Positions 12,601 through 26,376 of a stretch of 64,000 nt of DNA are shown piece after piece (within the stretch, counting starts at the first letter, position 1; the number at the start of each line of letters is the position of its first letter). Source of the stretch: Azolla caroliniana (Eukaryota > Plantae > Polypodiophyta); NCBI GenBank assembly GCA_043228905.1, contig JBHGNT010000002.1:13268001-13332000 (forward strand), given 5' to 3'. A program made the translations under genes and the position numbers. Below the pieces are notes generated by a model that was not told the origin of the DNA, did not search any database, and was given only the letters and a program-made list of their open reading frames with translations.

Positions 12601-14570
12601 CTAGAAGGATGTACTAATATTGCAAATAGGAACATTGACTCCTTGTATCCTTCTTCGCGTAATTGATGGAGTGAAATGGTCGAAACTCGGTGAGTAGATT
12701 CTTGGGGTTGTCGATATCAGACTTCTCTTGTTCTCCAATCTATAGCTGGATTATGTAATTGAAACCAAGGTAATCCTAGGACAATGGGATGCTCTGGACT
12801 ACTAATTATATTAAATGATACCACACACACAAAACTACCTAGGACAACTTGAATGGGTTCTGATTCTTCTACAATATTCCCGGAAGCAATAGGACGACCA
12901 TCAATGACTACTACAGATGCGGTACAAGGAAGTTTTCTTAAGGATATCTGAGAAGCTTGGGTAAAATTTTGATCCATGAAATAGGAATTAGGTTCGGAAT
13001 CTAAAAGTGCTAGGACGGGTACTGGGGGAGTACTTTTAGTACTAACAATGACTTGGGCAAGGAACACATTGCTAACTTCCTTGGAAGGAATGGAGCCACT
13101 AATGGGTTGTACATATCTAGGGCTGCTATCCAACCAAACGGCTCCTATTTTGGCTGGACTCAATCGTTTAACTCTTCATCTAATTGACTAAGGATTTCAA
13201 ATTTGTTTGAGATACATTGGCTATTAGTACTATGAATACTATCTGACACTCTATTAGTACTATTAATAGTATCAGACACTCCGAAGGGAAGAATTGACTC
13301 GGGTTTAATACAGGCGACAATTTGATTTACCTGTCTTCTTGGCCTATGGGGACAATTGATGGCGATATGCCCTGGTCCACCGCAATAAAGACATAATCAC
13401 TTGGCACATCGTCGTTGTTTTTCTTCTTCCGATAGCGGGCCATGTTGACGCATGGTGTCGATCTCCATCGGTGTCGGAATATTGGCTTGAGGTACGCCGC
13501 GTGCAAACGGTTTAGCCGTGACTGAGGCGTATGTGGGCTCAGACATAGTGCGTGGCATTTGTAACTGACGTTCCGAATGTCGTTCGAAAAGGCGGTTGTC
13601 GCATCGGTCCGCTCGATTGATTAAACACGCAACCGTTGGTTCTTCGGGGAAGGTTAAAAGCAAGTCTTTGATATCGTTGCACAAGCCGTAGCGAAACGGC
13701 TCCATGAGGGCCTGATCATCCTAGGGGAATGGAAGGATGCATCTGGATGACTAAGCATACCTGATTAAGGAATCCTCGGAATTGCGATCGCGTTCCATCA
13801 AATTTCACAGGAAGTCCAATCTTTGGCTCTTCATGAAATCCTTGGGGACTTGATCCTTGTTGTTGCAATGCTGCTTCGAGTTGTTGTACCCATAACACTA
13901 ACTCCCCATGTTGTTGTTGCGTTTGTGGTTTTTCTTGAGCAATTTTTTGCAGATCCCCTATCAACTGTTGGTTTTCTTGTTCTAGGGCAACAAACTTTTC
14001 TTTTAGAAACTGTAGCTCAGAGAAAACGGATTGATATTCTTGGGCGCTAACAGTAGCCATAGTATAAAAAAAGGATAGGAGGAGTGAAAACGACAAAGTA
14101 GACTTGAGGAACCAAATTGGTCAGGAATAGTACTAAACAGAGAGAGAATTAGTACTAGAGAAGAGAAGTACTATTAGTACTAAGAGGACGGAACTACGTA
14201 AGATTCCCGAGAGAGGAAGAGAGAAGAGGAGAGAGAGAGAGAGATAGCGAGAATGAGAGAGAGAGAGAAAGATGATGATAGCAACAACTAATATATTATG
14301 TGAAAGATAAGTACAAAGTGGCTAAGAGGCTTAAGACTGGCGTTGAACCAATTTGGTTCAAAACAATGCCTTGTGCCTCCTTTTATAGTGTTTTTTGGAA
14401 TAATCCTGAAGCTTCTAGAATGTTCCAGAGAGATCTGGAATATACATCAATTTTCTATGATAAAGCATAAATGAAAATAATATCCCACAAATTACAATTC
14501 ATAGTCTAATGGTAAGAGCTCGACCCATGTAGCATAAGGTCATGGGTTCGAGTCTTGCCATATCATGACA
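9630..14570 (-). mobile_element. Tcn1-like chromovirus (Ty3/gypsy), full length but frameshifted and partly deleted
   Basis: LTRs 9630-10180 and ~14119-14570. TSD ACGTT/ACGTC, PPT near 10181-10197. Order gag (PVKFDGTRSQFRGF), protease (ALLDS), RT ([17 protein letters not shown]), RNase H, integrase, chromodomain. Confidence 0.93.
10192..10419 (-). pseudogene. Integrase C-terminal group I chromodomain
   Basis: EYEFAAILDSK..YYLVDWLGYSPSECTWE..LLTDFH, with the aromatic cage residues Y/W/Y retained. Confidence 0.9.
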
Positions 14571-16194
14571 ACGTCGTGCATTGTATTGCCTAGCGAAAAC
14601 GTAGGTCCTCTTCGGTAGGGAGTGTTATTTGGAGTGCTCCCATCGTCAACCACAAACTATTTTCGTCCACCTCCATGACCTAGTGTATTGTGCTGGTCCG
14701 AAAATCTATGACCGCATACACAATTCGAAGGGATTCCCGGAGCGGTGCCAAAAATACCGCTTTCACTTCTTCTTCCGCCAGTGCTCTGGTGAGTTGACTG
14801 TGCATCGTCTGGAACCGGATAATGAACCGTTCAATGGTTTCTGACGGTTCCTGTTGTGTTTAGAATCGCCCAACAATTTCTCTTTGATCCTCCTGTCTGT
14901 GGAAGAATCGTAGAAATCTTGTCTTTAACTCTTCAAACATGGCAATACTGCCGGGGAGGTGCTTAGAGTGCCATTGTGTTGTTGGTCCCCCAAAGACATG
15001 CCAAATTCCACTATTTTTTATCGTTCGGCCTCTACTTCAGTCAATCGTTGGGAGACATGGTTTGCCTCCCATGTTTGGAGAAATGCGTCTACGTGGGCTT
15101 TCCGATACTTCAGAAATTGGTAAGGCATTGTGTTGTCATCTTCTTGTGCAGTCGGGGGCGGTGTCAGAACTTGCTCCTCCTATTCCGTTGGTGACTCGGG
15201 TGGAGGTGTTGGAGCTCACTCCTCCTGTTCCTTTGGTGACTCAGGTGGTGGTGTCGGAACTCATTCCTCCTCTTGGTGGTCCACACTGGTCGTTTTGTCC
15301 AGAGATTCCGGTTTTGTTGTCCCTGGCTCCGATTTTGTAGTCTCTGGCTTTGGTGTCTTCTAGGCTATCTGGGGTATCGTGGCTACTACGATAATTTGAT
15401 TGGACATTGTGTTCGCCGTCTGAATCCAATTCGATGGCAAAGAACGCTTCCGAGTCGCCTTTGCTTACGGCAAGTGTCTACAGAATGGACTCCGCTTCCT
15501 GCAGACTACTCAGAGTACTTCCTTCATCCGAGTGGTGGTTTTGTTGCAATCAGCGTGACTCCTCCGCGACCCGCCAAATTACTCTGGAAAAAGAACGATC
15601 CAACCGGATCTCCTCAACCACCTGTTGGTAAGCCTTCCACTTCTGCAATCTCTTGGCCAATCTTTTTGCTCGTTCAGCGACTAGGTCGTTTGTTGGCCTA
15701 GTCATCCATTCCCCCTTTGTTCATTGCTTTCTGCAGGAAATGTGGTCGCCAAAACTGTGTTCATCCGGGGCTGGACAAGCCGCTAACACACGGTGTCCTT
15801 CCGGAACACTTCACCAAAGGGGTGGTACAGTAAGGACTGGGAAGACCGTAACACAGGACTGATCCTCTGGGATTGTTATCCGGATCGATTAGTTACACGT
15901 GTAGGATCAACGTCATTAAGCACAGAACAGAAATGATACGATAATGCAGATATGAAAATAACAACACTTCTCTATTAATTATCCGTCCCTGGTTACATCA
16001 TATTCGGAGCCTTTTATAGGTATCCGGTTGTGTTACAAACCGGTGCCAACCGGCAACCGGCTACGAACCGGTCTGGATCCGGATCGGCATACCGATTTTG
16101 GGTCCGTCCATCCGATCTTATAATTATAATAATTAATTCTAATTACAACTCATTTTATCCCAAAACCGGATCCCCTTTTATACTTTGGCCAACA

Positions 16195-17610
16195 AATCGG
16201 AGGAAGTTTGGTACGTGCACTCCTGAGCTTCAAATCACTCTCAAGGGTGGTTCTGCTCTCTTCAGAAGCCAAAGAAATCGGGGGTGGTCGAAACCGGAGA
16301 CAACACCCACATCCCATCAAGGTTATCAGGGATGTCCCTCTGAGCCATGTTGTCCAAAAGGGAATCATCAGGAACGTTTTGCATGTACCGACGATAATAA
16401 AGAATTTGGTGTCGGTCAGCCAGATCGTGTATCAAGGAATGCAGGTCTGGTTTACTCACAATGGATGCTTCATCGGGGAGAAAGGATGGATCATCGCGCA
16501 AGGGTGCCAGGATGGAATAATTTTCATCCTTGAAACCAATGATGTAGGCACCGCTATGTTCACGAAAGGGCAGAAGGTTGAGTCGGCCAAATCAACTTCC
16601 ACAAGCTTCAAGAGATATAGTCAAAACATGTGGTTTACGGACTGCCAAAATTCAGTGGCCGGAAAGGCCAAATATGTGAAGCTTGTCAACTCAGGAAGTT
16701 GTAGGGGCTCCCATTCCCCAACAAAAAGAATCGGAGCTGGAATTTGCTCGATCTTATTCATTCGAATGTGTGGGGACTAACACAAAATGTGAGCATTGGT
16801 GGGAGTCGATATTTTGTCTCCTTCATCGACGATTTCATCTGACACACTTGGATCTACCTGATTGAGAAGAAGAGAAAAGTCTTCTCATGCTTTTAGGACC
16901 TAAAGACCAAGTGCTTGTGATCAGATGGTGGAAAAGAGTACTTTTCTGGCCAGTTCACGAGTTATCTGTAGACCAAGCGAATTCGTCGACAGTTCTCCTG
17001 CATGTACATACCAACGCAGAATGACGTGGCCGAACATCGGAATCAGACGTTGGTAGAAGCGGCAAGGGCAATGCTAGAAGAGAAGTGCATGCCCCAAATT
17101 TATTGGGCTGAAGCAATTCAGATAGTCTTCTACATATAGAATCAAATATCTGCCTCAAGGACAAAGCTCTCGCTGCATGAATTGTATTTCGTGCAGAAGC
17201 CAAATTAGGCACACCTTCGGGTGTTTGGAAGCATTGCCTCTATGCATGTGCCGGATGAGAAGTGGAAGAAACTGGATGCAAAATCCTAAAACTGCATCCT
17301 GGTTGGCTATTCCGATGAGCAGAAGGGGTACAAGTGCTACAACCCCCGTTCGAAGCAAGTCCGACTTAATCGTGATGTCGTTTTAGACGAATCAACATCC
17401 TGGTAATTCTCATCAACCGAACTCAAGTCGATTGCGGCGGATGAGCTAGTGAATTCTGGAACCGAGAGAAGCATAGTGGAATCTGAACAATGAAATAGTC
17501 CAACTTCTCTCTGGATCAATGGACCGAATCCGGACTCGTTGAGTCGGAGCGTTCAACCGGATGATGAGCCGACGAGTAGTGAAGAATCGGTGGTGATCTC
17601 CCCGTGTAAA
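16195..17610 (+). pseudogene. Decayed copia pol fragment (protease to integrase), same family as 47476-58871
   Basis: EEVWYV.S.ASNH, NVLHVPTIIKNLVSVSQI, YFVSFIDDF, KLDAKS..CILVGYSDEQKGYKCYNP. Confidence 0.85.
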
Positions 17611-18005
17611 TGTTAGGAATATTTCCCTCTAGTGGGAGGAATTGACTGCTCAGAGAGAGCAGACAGTCGAAGACAGGGAGCAGCAGACTGGTCGGATGAG
17701 GGCCGACGGTTGAGGAATCGACTTAGAGACAGTTGATTGAGGTCGAAGACACGACCGGCTAGTCGGGCTGACCGGATGGTCGATGACCAAGCCAAACTAG
17801 TCGGACCGACCTGATAGTCGACGGATGAGTCGGCTGATTAGTAAGACTATTATTAATATTAGATAATAATAGGAATGACAAGAGCAATGTCTATATTTGT
17901 AAATAGCGCATACAAGGTATAAATATAAATACAGTTAGGGCAAACAATTTGTGTGTAGAACAAGTGAATGTTTGAGCCTCTCTAGCGTAGCACTACAAAG
18001 AAGAG
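17611..18005 (+). mobile_element. 5' part of a copia LTR (relative of the 3501 family), interrupted at 18006; possibly the 5' LTR of copia 27918-31430
   Basis: Starts TGTTAGGAAT and shares the tgtaaatag..tataaatat..ttagggcaaac block with the LTRs at 3501, 43325 and 46461. Confidence 0.6.
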
Positions 18006-18491
18006 TGTTGCCGATTAGGAACACGGTCCGTGGTCAGTCCTTCAACCTAGACCTCCAAGTAGGTGTGGAACAACGAATAGATGTCTAAGCGTAATGTGTA
18101 GGGGAATGTTCCCTGTAACCTAACAACGTATAAGGGAGATGGCTACAACCGAATCCTTAGCAAAGGTTACACTTATGTTCTTACACGCTTAGGCCTTCAA
18201 GACACACACAGTGGATTAGCCATAGCTATACATAGAGAATTAGAGAAGATAGAATTCTATTATGAGATGTTTCTAACATTCCCAAAATTACACACTCCCT
18301 CTATCAGAGGTTTTCTGCCCTTTATATACGCAGGGTCTATTTAGCCGTTCACGCTTCCTGCGTGAACCGTTACATGCGTTATGATCTTATATTATTTCTT
18401 AATCCTACGCTCTTGTCTGTCGGTTACTATTCCGGCGGACAACACCTAGCACGCCTGTGGGACAGTGCCTTGGCACGTCGGACCCATCCTG

Positions 18492-21123
18492 TTAATCCTC
18501 TTCCAAAATGGCCCGGATGTTTGGCTCTGCTGCGGTGTCCACATCTAGAGGTGACGTAGGGCCCGTAGGTGCATCGTGGTGTGGCTCCCCTAATTGGTCG
18601 GGCTGGTTTCTTCCGGAGTCGTAGTCGCGGTGTGTGGGCGGTCCGGGTACGGTGGGCTCTTCTTGAGCTAGTGGGTAGGGCTCCGCCGTTGTCGTGCTTG
18701 CAGTCGGCTGCGGCTCTGCCTCCATTGTTACGTCCTCCGTGGTGTCGGTCGTTTTGTACGCTCCAGGGAGTGGGGCGGAGATTCCGCCTGGCCCGCACCG
18801 TTTTTCGTGTGGCCCGACGATAGAGTGGGCTCGTGCGGATGAACCTCCTCTTGTGCAGTGGTTTCGTTGTCTGGTCCTGTGGGAGACTCCGCTCGTCGGT
18901 CCGCGTTGTTCTCCATCGTTGTCATTTCTGGTGATTGGGCTTGAGGTTCCTCTTCTTCGGCTGTGCCCAGAATTGGCGTCGCACTGGAGTCCTTGTTTGT
19001 GCGCATGTTGCCAGCTTGTGTGATCTGGTGAAATAGCTCCTCCTGGCTTTCACCAAAATCATCTAAGAGTTGTGTGAGTTCTTCGGAATGTTGGTCCGCT
19101 AGCGCACGATAGTCTTGCGCTAGGTCCTCTCGTACGGCCGCAATGCTCTCCTCATTTAGTTTATAGAAACCTCGGCCGTCTTTTTGCCGGTTCTCCCAGT
19201 CTGCACGATATGCATGAAATTCCGCTGGTTGGGTTGCCCATGCCATTCATCCTTTGTCCAGTGCCATTTTCAACTGCACTATGAACCTCTGCCGATTTGT
19301 TTGGAGAAGGATACGCACGTTATCTGTGATGATCTGGTAACGGTTGCGTGCGTCCTCCATCGACTTTTGGAGGTTTGCGATTTCTTGCTGTTTAACCGCC
19401 GCCGCTTCTTCGTACGTGGCCTTCAGGCCCGTCCACAGATGGGATTCCTTTGCATGCTGTTCTTCTAATTTCCCCATTTCATTGTTTAGGCGGATATCGA
19501 GCTGATGCCTTCTGTCTTGTTTGACCACCAACTGCTCGTCGAAGCATACCTTCTTTTTTTCTAATAAGGCCCAGAGTCCCGCGATTGCCTCCTTCGATTT
19601 ACTCGCGTCCTCCCGTAATTGGGCGGTGTCGTCTTTTGTCCAGGTGTGATGAGCTACCTCCGTAGCAAGTTTCTCTTCAAGGGTTTTTACTGCCTTCCGG
19701 CCGTTAGCCCGTATCTCCTTTTTTCTGTCTGAGGATTGGCGTAGTTCCGCTCGAAGGCGTTCCTCTGTCTGCCGACCCTGGCTAACCAGTCCTCATCGTC
19801 GCTCTCCGTCGTTTGTGTTAGGGCGCGCTCAATCATTTGGCATTTCGCATGCTCTTTGACCATTTGTTGGGTGGCTTTTACCTGTTGTGTTGCCAGGAAC
19901 TCCATGAGCTCAAAAGAAGTGTCGAACTGTAAGAGGGCGTTGAACTCATGGGTTGTATCCAGGATATCCGGATATGCCAAAACCTCGCTTTCCACCGTAA
20001 ATACGGCTTTCCCTCATTGGGACTGGGTCGTAATGATCGGTCGTGGCTCCCGGATGATTTCGAAGGTGGTATTGGGTTCCGTAGTTGTGGAGCCATCGCC
20101 TTCGGTCGGTGTTTCTGTCGTCGTGGGAACGATTTTGACCAACCCCCGCCCATCTTTCTTGTCCAATCTACGCCGTTTCGGTTTGGGGCTATCTTGCCGT
20201 GTTTTGGTGTCTGGCTCTGGGGCTGCTTCCATGGAACGTGCTGGTTGTTCCTCCTGCGTTGTCCGTGTGTCTGGCTGGTCAGTAGGTGGTGTTGTCCTTG
20301 GGTCAAGCTGGGTGGGTTGGGGTTCCTCTTCCCACTCTGGGCCGATAACTCCGCTAACCTGCGCTTCGCGGATCGGGGCGGGGGCGTGGGCCGGCTGGGC
20401 TACGGTGCCGGCAGGCCTCGGGGTGGAAATAGTATCGTAAGGTACTGTTGTATGATCGGCCTGAGCTTTTTGCCTGCCTGGTACGCATGCAGGCCTTCCC
20501 TTAACGCCGACCCTGTGATGACCCCCCAATCGACCGAGCGCCCCTCAAAGTTATCGATAATGATGCCTGCCTTCTGCTTAGGCATCCCATATGTGTTGGC
20601 ATGTACGCAGCCGACTTCTAGCAGGAACTTGGCAACTTCTCGGAAGAAGGGATCCGAAATCTGCTTGGTTCTATAGACCGAATATGGTAGAGGAGGAATA
20701 TGGCCCGAAATATCGCTGCAGCGCCTCTATAGGAGGGATGTTGAAATGCCTTTCACCTAGCGATGACAGGTCCAACTTCTTCTGGATGGAGGAGTTGGTG
20801 ACCGTGTTGATGTTAAGCTTCCTGGTGATGTCCATGGCATCCAGGTGTGGGGGTGCTTCTGTGACCTGGATGTACCCATCCAAGCGTTTCTCCACGAGCC
20901 ATCGGCGTAAGGCAGTCGAGATGAAGATCGTCATCGCTAGAGGAGGTTCGTGGGAAGGAGACTGGTGGTTGTGGTGGGCTATAGCTGTGTGATAGGATGG
21001 AGGAGAAGGTGAGGGGGAGGAGCGATGGAAGCGCTGATAGCTAGAAGATGAGTTTTTGTTTTGTGCAGAAAATCTTCTGTTTCCTTCTTTTTGTGGCTTA
21101 GGGTTCATTGGGCGGTGAGCCAT
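18492..21123 (-). pseudogene. Extra ORF(s) inside the LTR U3: globular N-terminus, Pro/Thr linker, coiled coil, acidic tail; unknown function
   Basis: Chain of same-strand ORFs 20671-21123, 20400-20585, 20014-20529, 19687-19995, 19247-19531, 18728-19246 and 18492-18725. The C-terminal part is repeated at 27119-27910. Confidence 0.7.
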
Positions 21124-21264
21124 CGTGGTGCCGCGTGTTCTTGAACTAGGAGTTTGTGCATGTCTTTAGTCGTTTTAATAGCTCTTCTCCCTTTTTTTTT
21201 CTTTTTTTTCGTAACGGTTATCTACAACCTATGTTTACATTATGGTACAAGTGGGGCCGCTCAT

Positions 21265-24200
21265 TTACGATGCGGGTTCTCCGGCTCTGTCCTGTTCGGC
21301 GGTGAATGGGTTAGGTAGTGTATGACCCAGGTAAGGTTTGAACCGAAACCCATTCACCTTTTGTCGGACTACCTTCCCGGCTAGCGTACCTAATTGGAAC
21401 GTGCCTTGTTCTGCTCCAATTATCCATGATGGGCCGGTCCAGTGGAATCGTAACTTCCCCGGCATATGGCCCATGCGGGTTTGGAAAACCAGCACTGCTC
21501 GACCCACGACGAACTCCTTTTCCCTTGCGTTCCGATGTCGATCCACAAACGCTTTACGCCGTCGTTGTTCCTGTTCCAACACAACCATGTTGTGGACGCG
21601 TTTTTCCCCTAGTTCAAGGAGTTGGAGTCGTACCTCCTCCGACTTGGCTTCTAATAGTCGGTTCCGTACCTGAATTCGCAAACTAGGTACCTGAAATTCG
21701 ACCGGCATCACAGCCTCTAGCCCAACCGCTAGTCGAAACGGTGTTCACTGTATGCTTGTTTTGTAGCTGGTTCTGTACGCCCATAACGCACTCTGTAGTT
21801 TGGTATCCTAGTCCGTTCTATCTTCATTGACGATTTTCTTCAAAATGGTCTGCAACGTCTTGTTGGTGGATTCTGGTAATCCATTCGCCTGTGGATAATA
21901 TGGCGTACTCTTCTTATGGACTACGGCGTAATGATGTGTTAATTCTCGAACAACCGTATTGAGAAAGTGGCTCCCCTAGTCACTGATAAGCTCAATCGGA
22001 CAGCTGAACTGGCACCAGATGTGCTCGTAAAGGAATCTGGCTGTGACAGCCACCGTATTTTCACGTAGTGCCTTTGCTTCTACCCATTTTGTGTAATAAT
22101 CTATGGCTACCAATATGTATTTATTGCCCGTACGGGCTGCCACCAGTGTGAAGGGACCCACAAAATCCAATCCCCACTTTTGGAAGGGGTCTAGCGGTAA
22201 TACGGGCTGGTGTGGCATCCTTACGCCCTCCGCGGGTTGTCCCATCCGTTGACACAAATCACACTTTCTACAATACGAGGATGCATCCTTCTGCGTTGTT
22301 GGCCACCATAGGCCTGCCTACCATACTTTCCGAGCTGTAACGTCGCCCGCGTAATGGCCGCCTGTCATGCCGCAGTGTGCCTCCTGTAAAACTGATTCCT
22401 TCTCATCCTGTCGTACCCCACGTCGTCAAATGCCGTCACTTCCTTTGTGATATAAAACGCCTTCGACGAGGTAGAAGTGACGGGTTCGGACGGCTAGTCG
22501 TTTCTTCTCGTCCGTGCATAATTGTGGTGGAGGCAGTCCCGTAGTCAAAAAGTACGTCATTTCCATAAGCCACCGGTCCAGAAAGGTCGATTCCGTTCTT
22601 TCTGCTAGTGTCGCTACCCGCAGGATATTGGCGTCCGGAAAATCGTCGTCATCTTTCTGTACTATTTCTCCATTCTCGAGTCTGCTCAAAAATTCCGCCA
22701 CTGCGTGTTGCGTCCCTGGTCGGTGTTGGATTACGAAATCGAATTCCTGGAGCAGCAACATCCACCGCGCCAATTTCCCTATCAGGGCTTGCTTCTCCAC
22801 CAAATACAGTAGTGCCGAATGATCCACGTGGAACGTGAATTTCCTTCCTAATAAATAGTGCCGGAATTTATTGATGTTATAGATCATCCCTAGCGCCTCC
22901 CCCTCCGTTGTGGAGTAGTTACGGTCTATTGTTGATAATTTGCGACTAGCGTAGTATACTGGTCGGTACCAACTTGGTTCGGTGAGCTGCATTAGTGCAC
23001 TTCCTATTGCTATGTCCAAGGCGTCGACGAACACGTGGAATGGCTTCGCCCAAATTGGTGGTTGTACGACGAGCGCCTGTGTGAGCATTATCTTAAGTGT
23101 CTCGTAGGCCTTATCTTCCATTGCAGTCCATTTGAAAGGAGTCCGATGTACGACAACGTGTAACGGTGTGGCGAAGTCAGGCAAATACCGTATCATCCGA
23201 CTATGCCACCGTATTTGTCCCAAAAACCGGTTGAGAGATTTGGTGTTTGTCGGAGTGTTGGCTTGCGTAATCGTGGAGATTTTGTTCGGGTCAACCGCTA
23301 TTCCCTCCTTGCTGACTATATGGCCCAGGAGAGTCCCGTTGGTCACGCCGAAAGCACATTTCGCGGGATTCATGCTTAAGCGTGCGGTGCGGCAACGTTC
23401 CAGGCACAGTTGTAAGTGCGAAAAATGGTCTATTGTTCTCCCATATACCGCAAATTCGTCCAAAAAAACTTGCATGAACGCTGGAATGTATTCCCCAAAG
23501 CTCGAGCTGTAATTGTCCGTTGAAATGTTGCCGGCTCCGTCTTTAGCCTGAACACCATGACGACTGCTACATATACTCCCGAGTCCGTGACAAATGCCCT
23601 CTTTTCTTGGTCCTCGAGATGCATGCGTACTTGGTTATAGCCACTGAAGCCATCTAAAAAATTGTACATCTCATGGCCTGCGACGGCGTCCAGTACGCTA
23701 TCGGTGAAGGGTAAGGGAAATGCGTCTGTAATGGTGACGACGTTTAATTTTCGGTAATCTACGCATACCCGTATTTTGCCGTTTTTCTTTGGAACGACCA
23801 CTATCGGGCTTAACCATGTCTCTTGTTTAACTGGTCGTATGAACCCCGCCTTCAGGAGCTTGTCAATTTCTTCTTTCACGCGGGTCGCGTAGTTAGGGTT
23901 CATGCGGTAGCGGCGCTGCTGGATGGGTTTCGCGTTGGTTGCTAAATTGATCTTATGTTAATAGAACTTGGGATCTAACCCCTTCATGTCCTCGTGAGCC
24001 CAAGCGAACACATCCCTATATTCCATGAGTAGTGCGATCATCGTGTTTCGCTGGTCCGGCCTTAATTCCTTTGCGATGGAGAGGAAACGAGACTCCGATT
24101 CCGTACCCATATTTACTTCTTTGAGGGCAGAAGAGGTGACTCGTCGTGAAATCTCCATTTCCCTTTCGAATGCCGCCCGTGCTCTGATGAGTTCCAATAT

Positions 24201-26376
24201 GGACTCTGGGTTTGGTTCGTAAGCCTCGTCGTGGAGAACAGTGGCCGTGGCATATTATGCCGCGGTTGCGATGACGTCTATTTCAAACAACGGAATAATC
24301 CGAGGGTGCTCGTCGAGGTATGCTTCTAATTCTGCATCCTCCACCCCAGCCAACATATTTATATCTTCTGCGTATAATGGTGTTATACCCTTCGGTTGTG
24401 GCGTGCTTTCTTCCTTAGGTACGCGAACCTTTGTGCGTCCGTGTCGGAAACTAATACACTTGTGTTGCCAGCTCTGCTTGATATTTGTTGCCCGAAGCCA
24501 TGGTCTACCCAGAAGCACTGGGTACGCGCCTGGGGCGTCCAAGGCGAGGACGACCGCCGAGATGTCAAATCGGTGTCCGCCCATGATAATCCCTATTTTG
24601 CGAATTAACCCTAATGGTCGTATGAGCGGGTATCTACCATTCGGAGCCAGAATGGGCAAGCCTCCCATTCTGAAATGCCTAACTCCTTGCAAGTTTTCAC
24701 GCTAATTACATTGACGCATGATTACGCATCCAAGAATTTCCTTTCCGTGTAATAATAATGTAATAGTCGGGTTGTGCTGATCCACTATCGGCGGTCCACT
24801 GCTAACGTCTGTAAGGTTTTTAGCGATACTCACCCTGAGTATGCCTGTCACCCGTTCTTCCATGGTCTGGCGGAAGCGTGGGACTAGCTGCAACAGTTTC
24901 TCCATGGTTAACGTTATCTCACAGCCCGCTAACGCCTACCAAATGGGGTCTGGGACCGGTCTTTCATCCTCTGCTCGCTCCATTGTGTTCGCGGACTCCT
25001 TTTGCATACGTTTCGTATTTGTCGCGTTTGCTTTTCCCACCCACGTTTGGGCTTGTCGGCGTACCTTGTCTTGCGCAGCCCAATCCACCGTTTTTGTTTG
25101 CTAGCATGTCGTGACTTGCTGCACTTCCACCGTAATCGTATTGACAGTGGGCCCCTTTCCCTTGCGTGTTGGGCATTGAGTGGCATAATGTCTGGGTTGC
25201 TGACAAATAAAACAATGGATGCTTGATTCACCCTTCTCGGCTCCTAGTGGTGTGTGTCGGTCCCCTGGTGCTACTTGCTCCTCGCGGTCCGACCTCGACT
25301 GTCGGAACGTATGCGGTGGCTGCTGTTGGTCCCGTCGTTGTTCCTGGTGCCGCTCATCCCCCGAGCTTTCGTCGTAACGCCGGTGATCTCAATATTGTCG
25401 TGGCTTACCACGATAACCATTGAAGTTGCCCCATTTGTTTGTCGGCCGTTGATTCTCCTAGCACCGACCCCCTTTGGTGTAACTCGGATGTCCACGATAA
25501 TCCTCGTCCTTTGGTTCGTCCTCCTCGGAATCGTTGTGATTTCGGCGATTCTGGTGGTACCGGTCCTCCCGTGGGTTGCGAACCTTATACCGGGGTCGGT
25601 CTTCTTGCCTTCTTTGTTCAGTCCGGTGTGGTTGACGCTGTGTGTCCATGCTGCGGATTGCGGGAGTGGCTCTGTTTAACATATTGTATTCGCATTGGTC
25701 GACTGTGTGAGCCTTCGAGTGGCAGATTGGGCAGTGGATTCGCATATTGTAGTCCACTACGGAATGCCCCGAGTTCAAGCAAATCGTGCACTGGATTGCT
25801 TGATGAAACTGGCGTTCCTCATCTTGAGGTAACGCTTGTCGTAGGGAGGACATAGAAAACCTTTCCTCCTCGTCATCCAGCTCGAGTTGTAACGCTCGTT
25901 CAATTACCATATCCTCCATTTCCCCTTTCACGCTATTGTTGTTGAGTGTTGCCCGGATGGGCCAGCGTAAAGCTGCCAGAAATGTTTCTCGATCCTCGTC
26001 CTCCGCAAGGGCTCCGTTCCAGTTTCCGTCGTAAATTTTGGAAACGTAAGTTGAAGTTCACTATCGTCTCGGTCGGTAGTTGCTTAATCATATAAAACTG
26101 TCTGAGGATTTCACGTTGTGGCACCCTCCGATGGAAGAATCGCAAGAAAGCGGACTGCAACTGATCGAAGGTTGTTATTGCTGGTAAATCCATCCGTGAA
26201 TGCCAAAACGCCGCTCGCCCATCTAATGTTAACCCGAACTCCGTCACTTTCGACTGGTGTGCTACCGCCTCCAAAAGGCTCTACGCCATGTGGTTCGCAT
26301 TCCAGACATTCAGGAACATGGGAATATGCATTGCGGCGTCAGTTTCGCCGTTAAAGCGGGGGTAGGCAAAGGCCAT
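21265..26376 (-). pseudogene. gag-pol: Disrupted gag-pol of the Athila-like element
   Basis: Gag YPRFNGE..FGLTLDGRA, CPICHSKAHTVDQC; RT VCVDYRKLN, FLDGFSGYNQV, VFLDEF; RNase H VFVDA..YSTTE.EAL; DDFPD linker; integrase WGLDFVGP, KWVEAKA. No chromodomain or archaeal RNase H seen. Confidence 0.92.

Larger units (their letters stand above)
1574..16194 (-). mobile_element. Decayed Arg-primed Ty3/gypsy (Athila-like non-chromovirus); 5' LTR ~15756-16194; gag-protease pieces at 14576-15430, 9395-9624 and 1574-2956; split by nested insertions
   Basis: PBS TGGCGACCAC (15742-15751, tRNA-Arg-like). Zinc knuckle CRQDGHYSNQC in ORF 2532-2975 and protease DGGSGVN near 2120-2140. YLEVNPKIIPLFEVDV matches ORF 24255-24692. 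The LTR ends ggccaaca at 16194 against copia pol. Confidence 0.8.
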
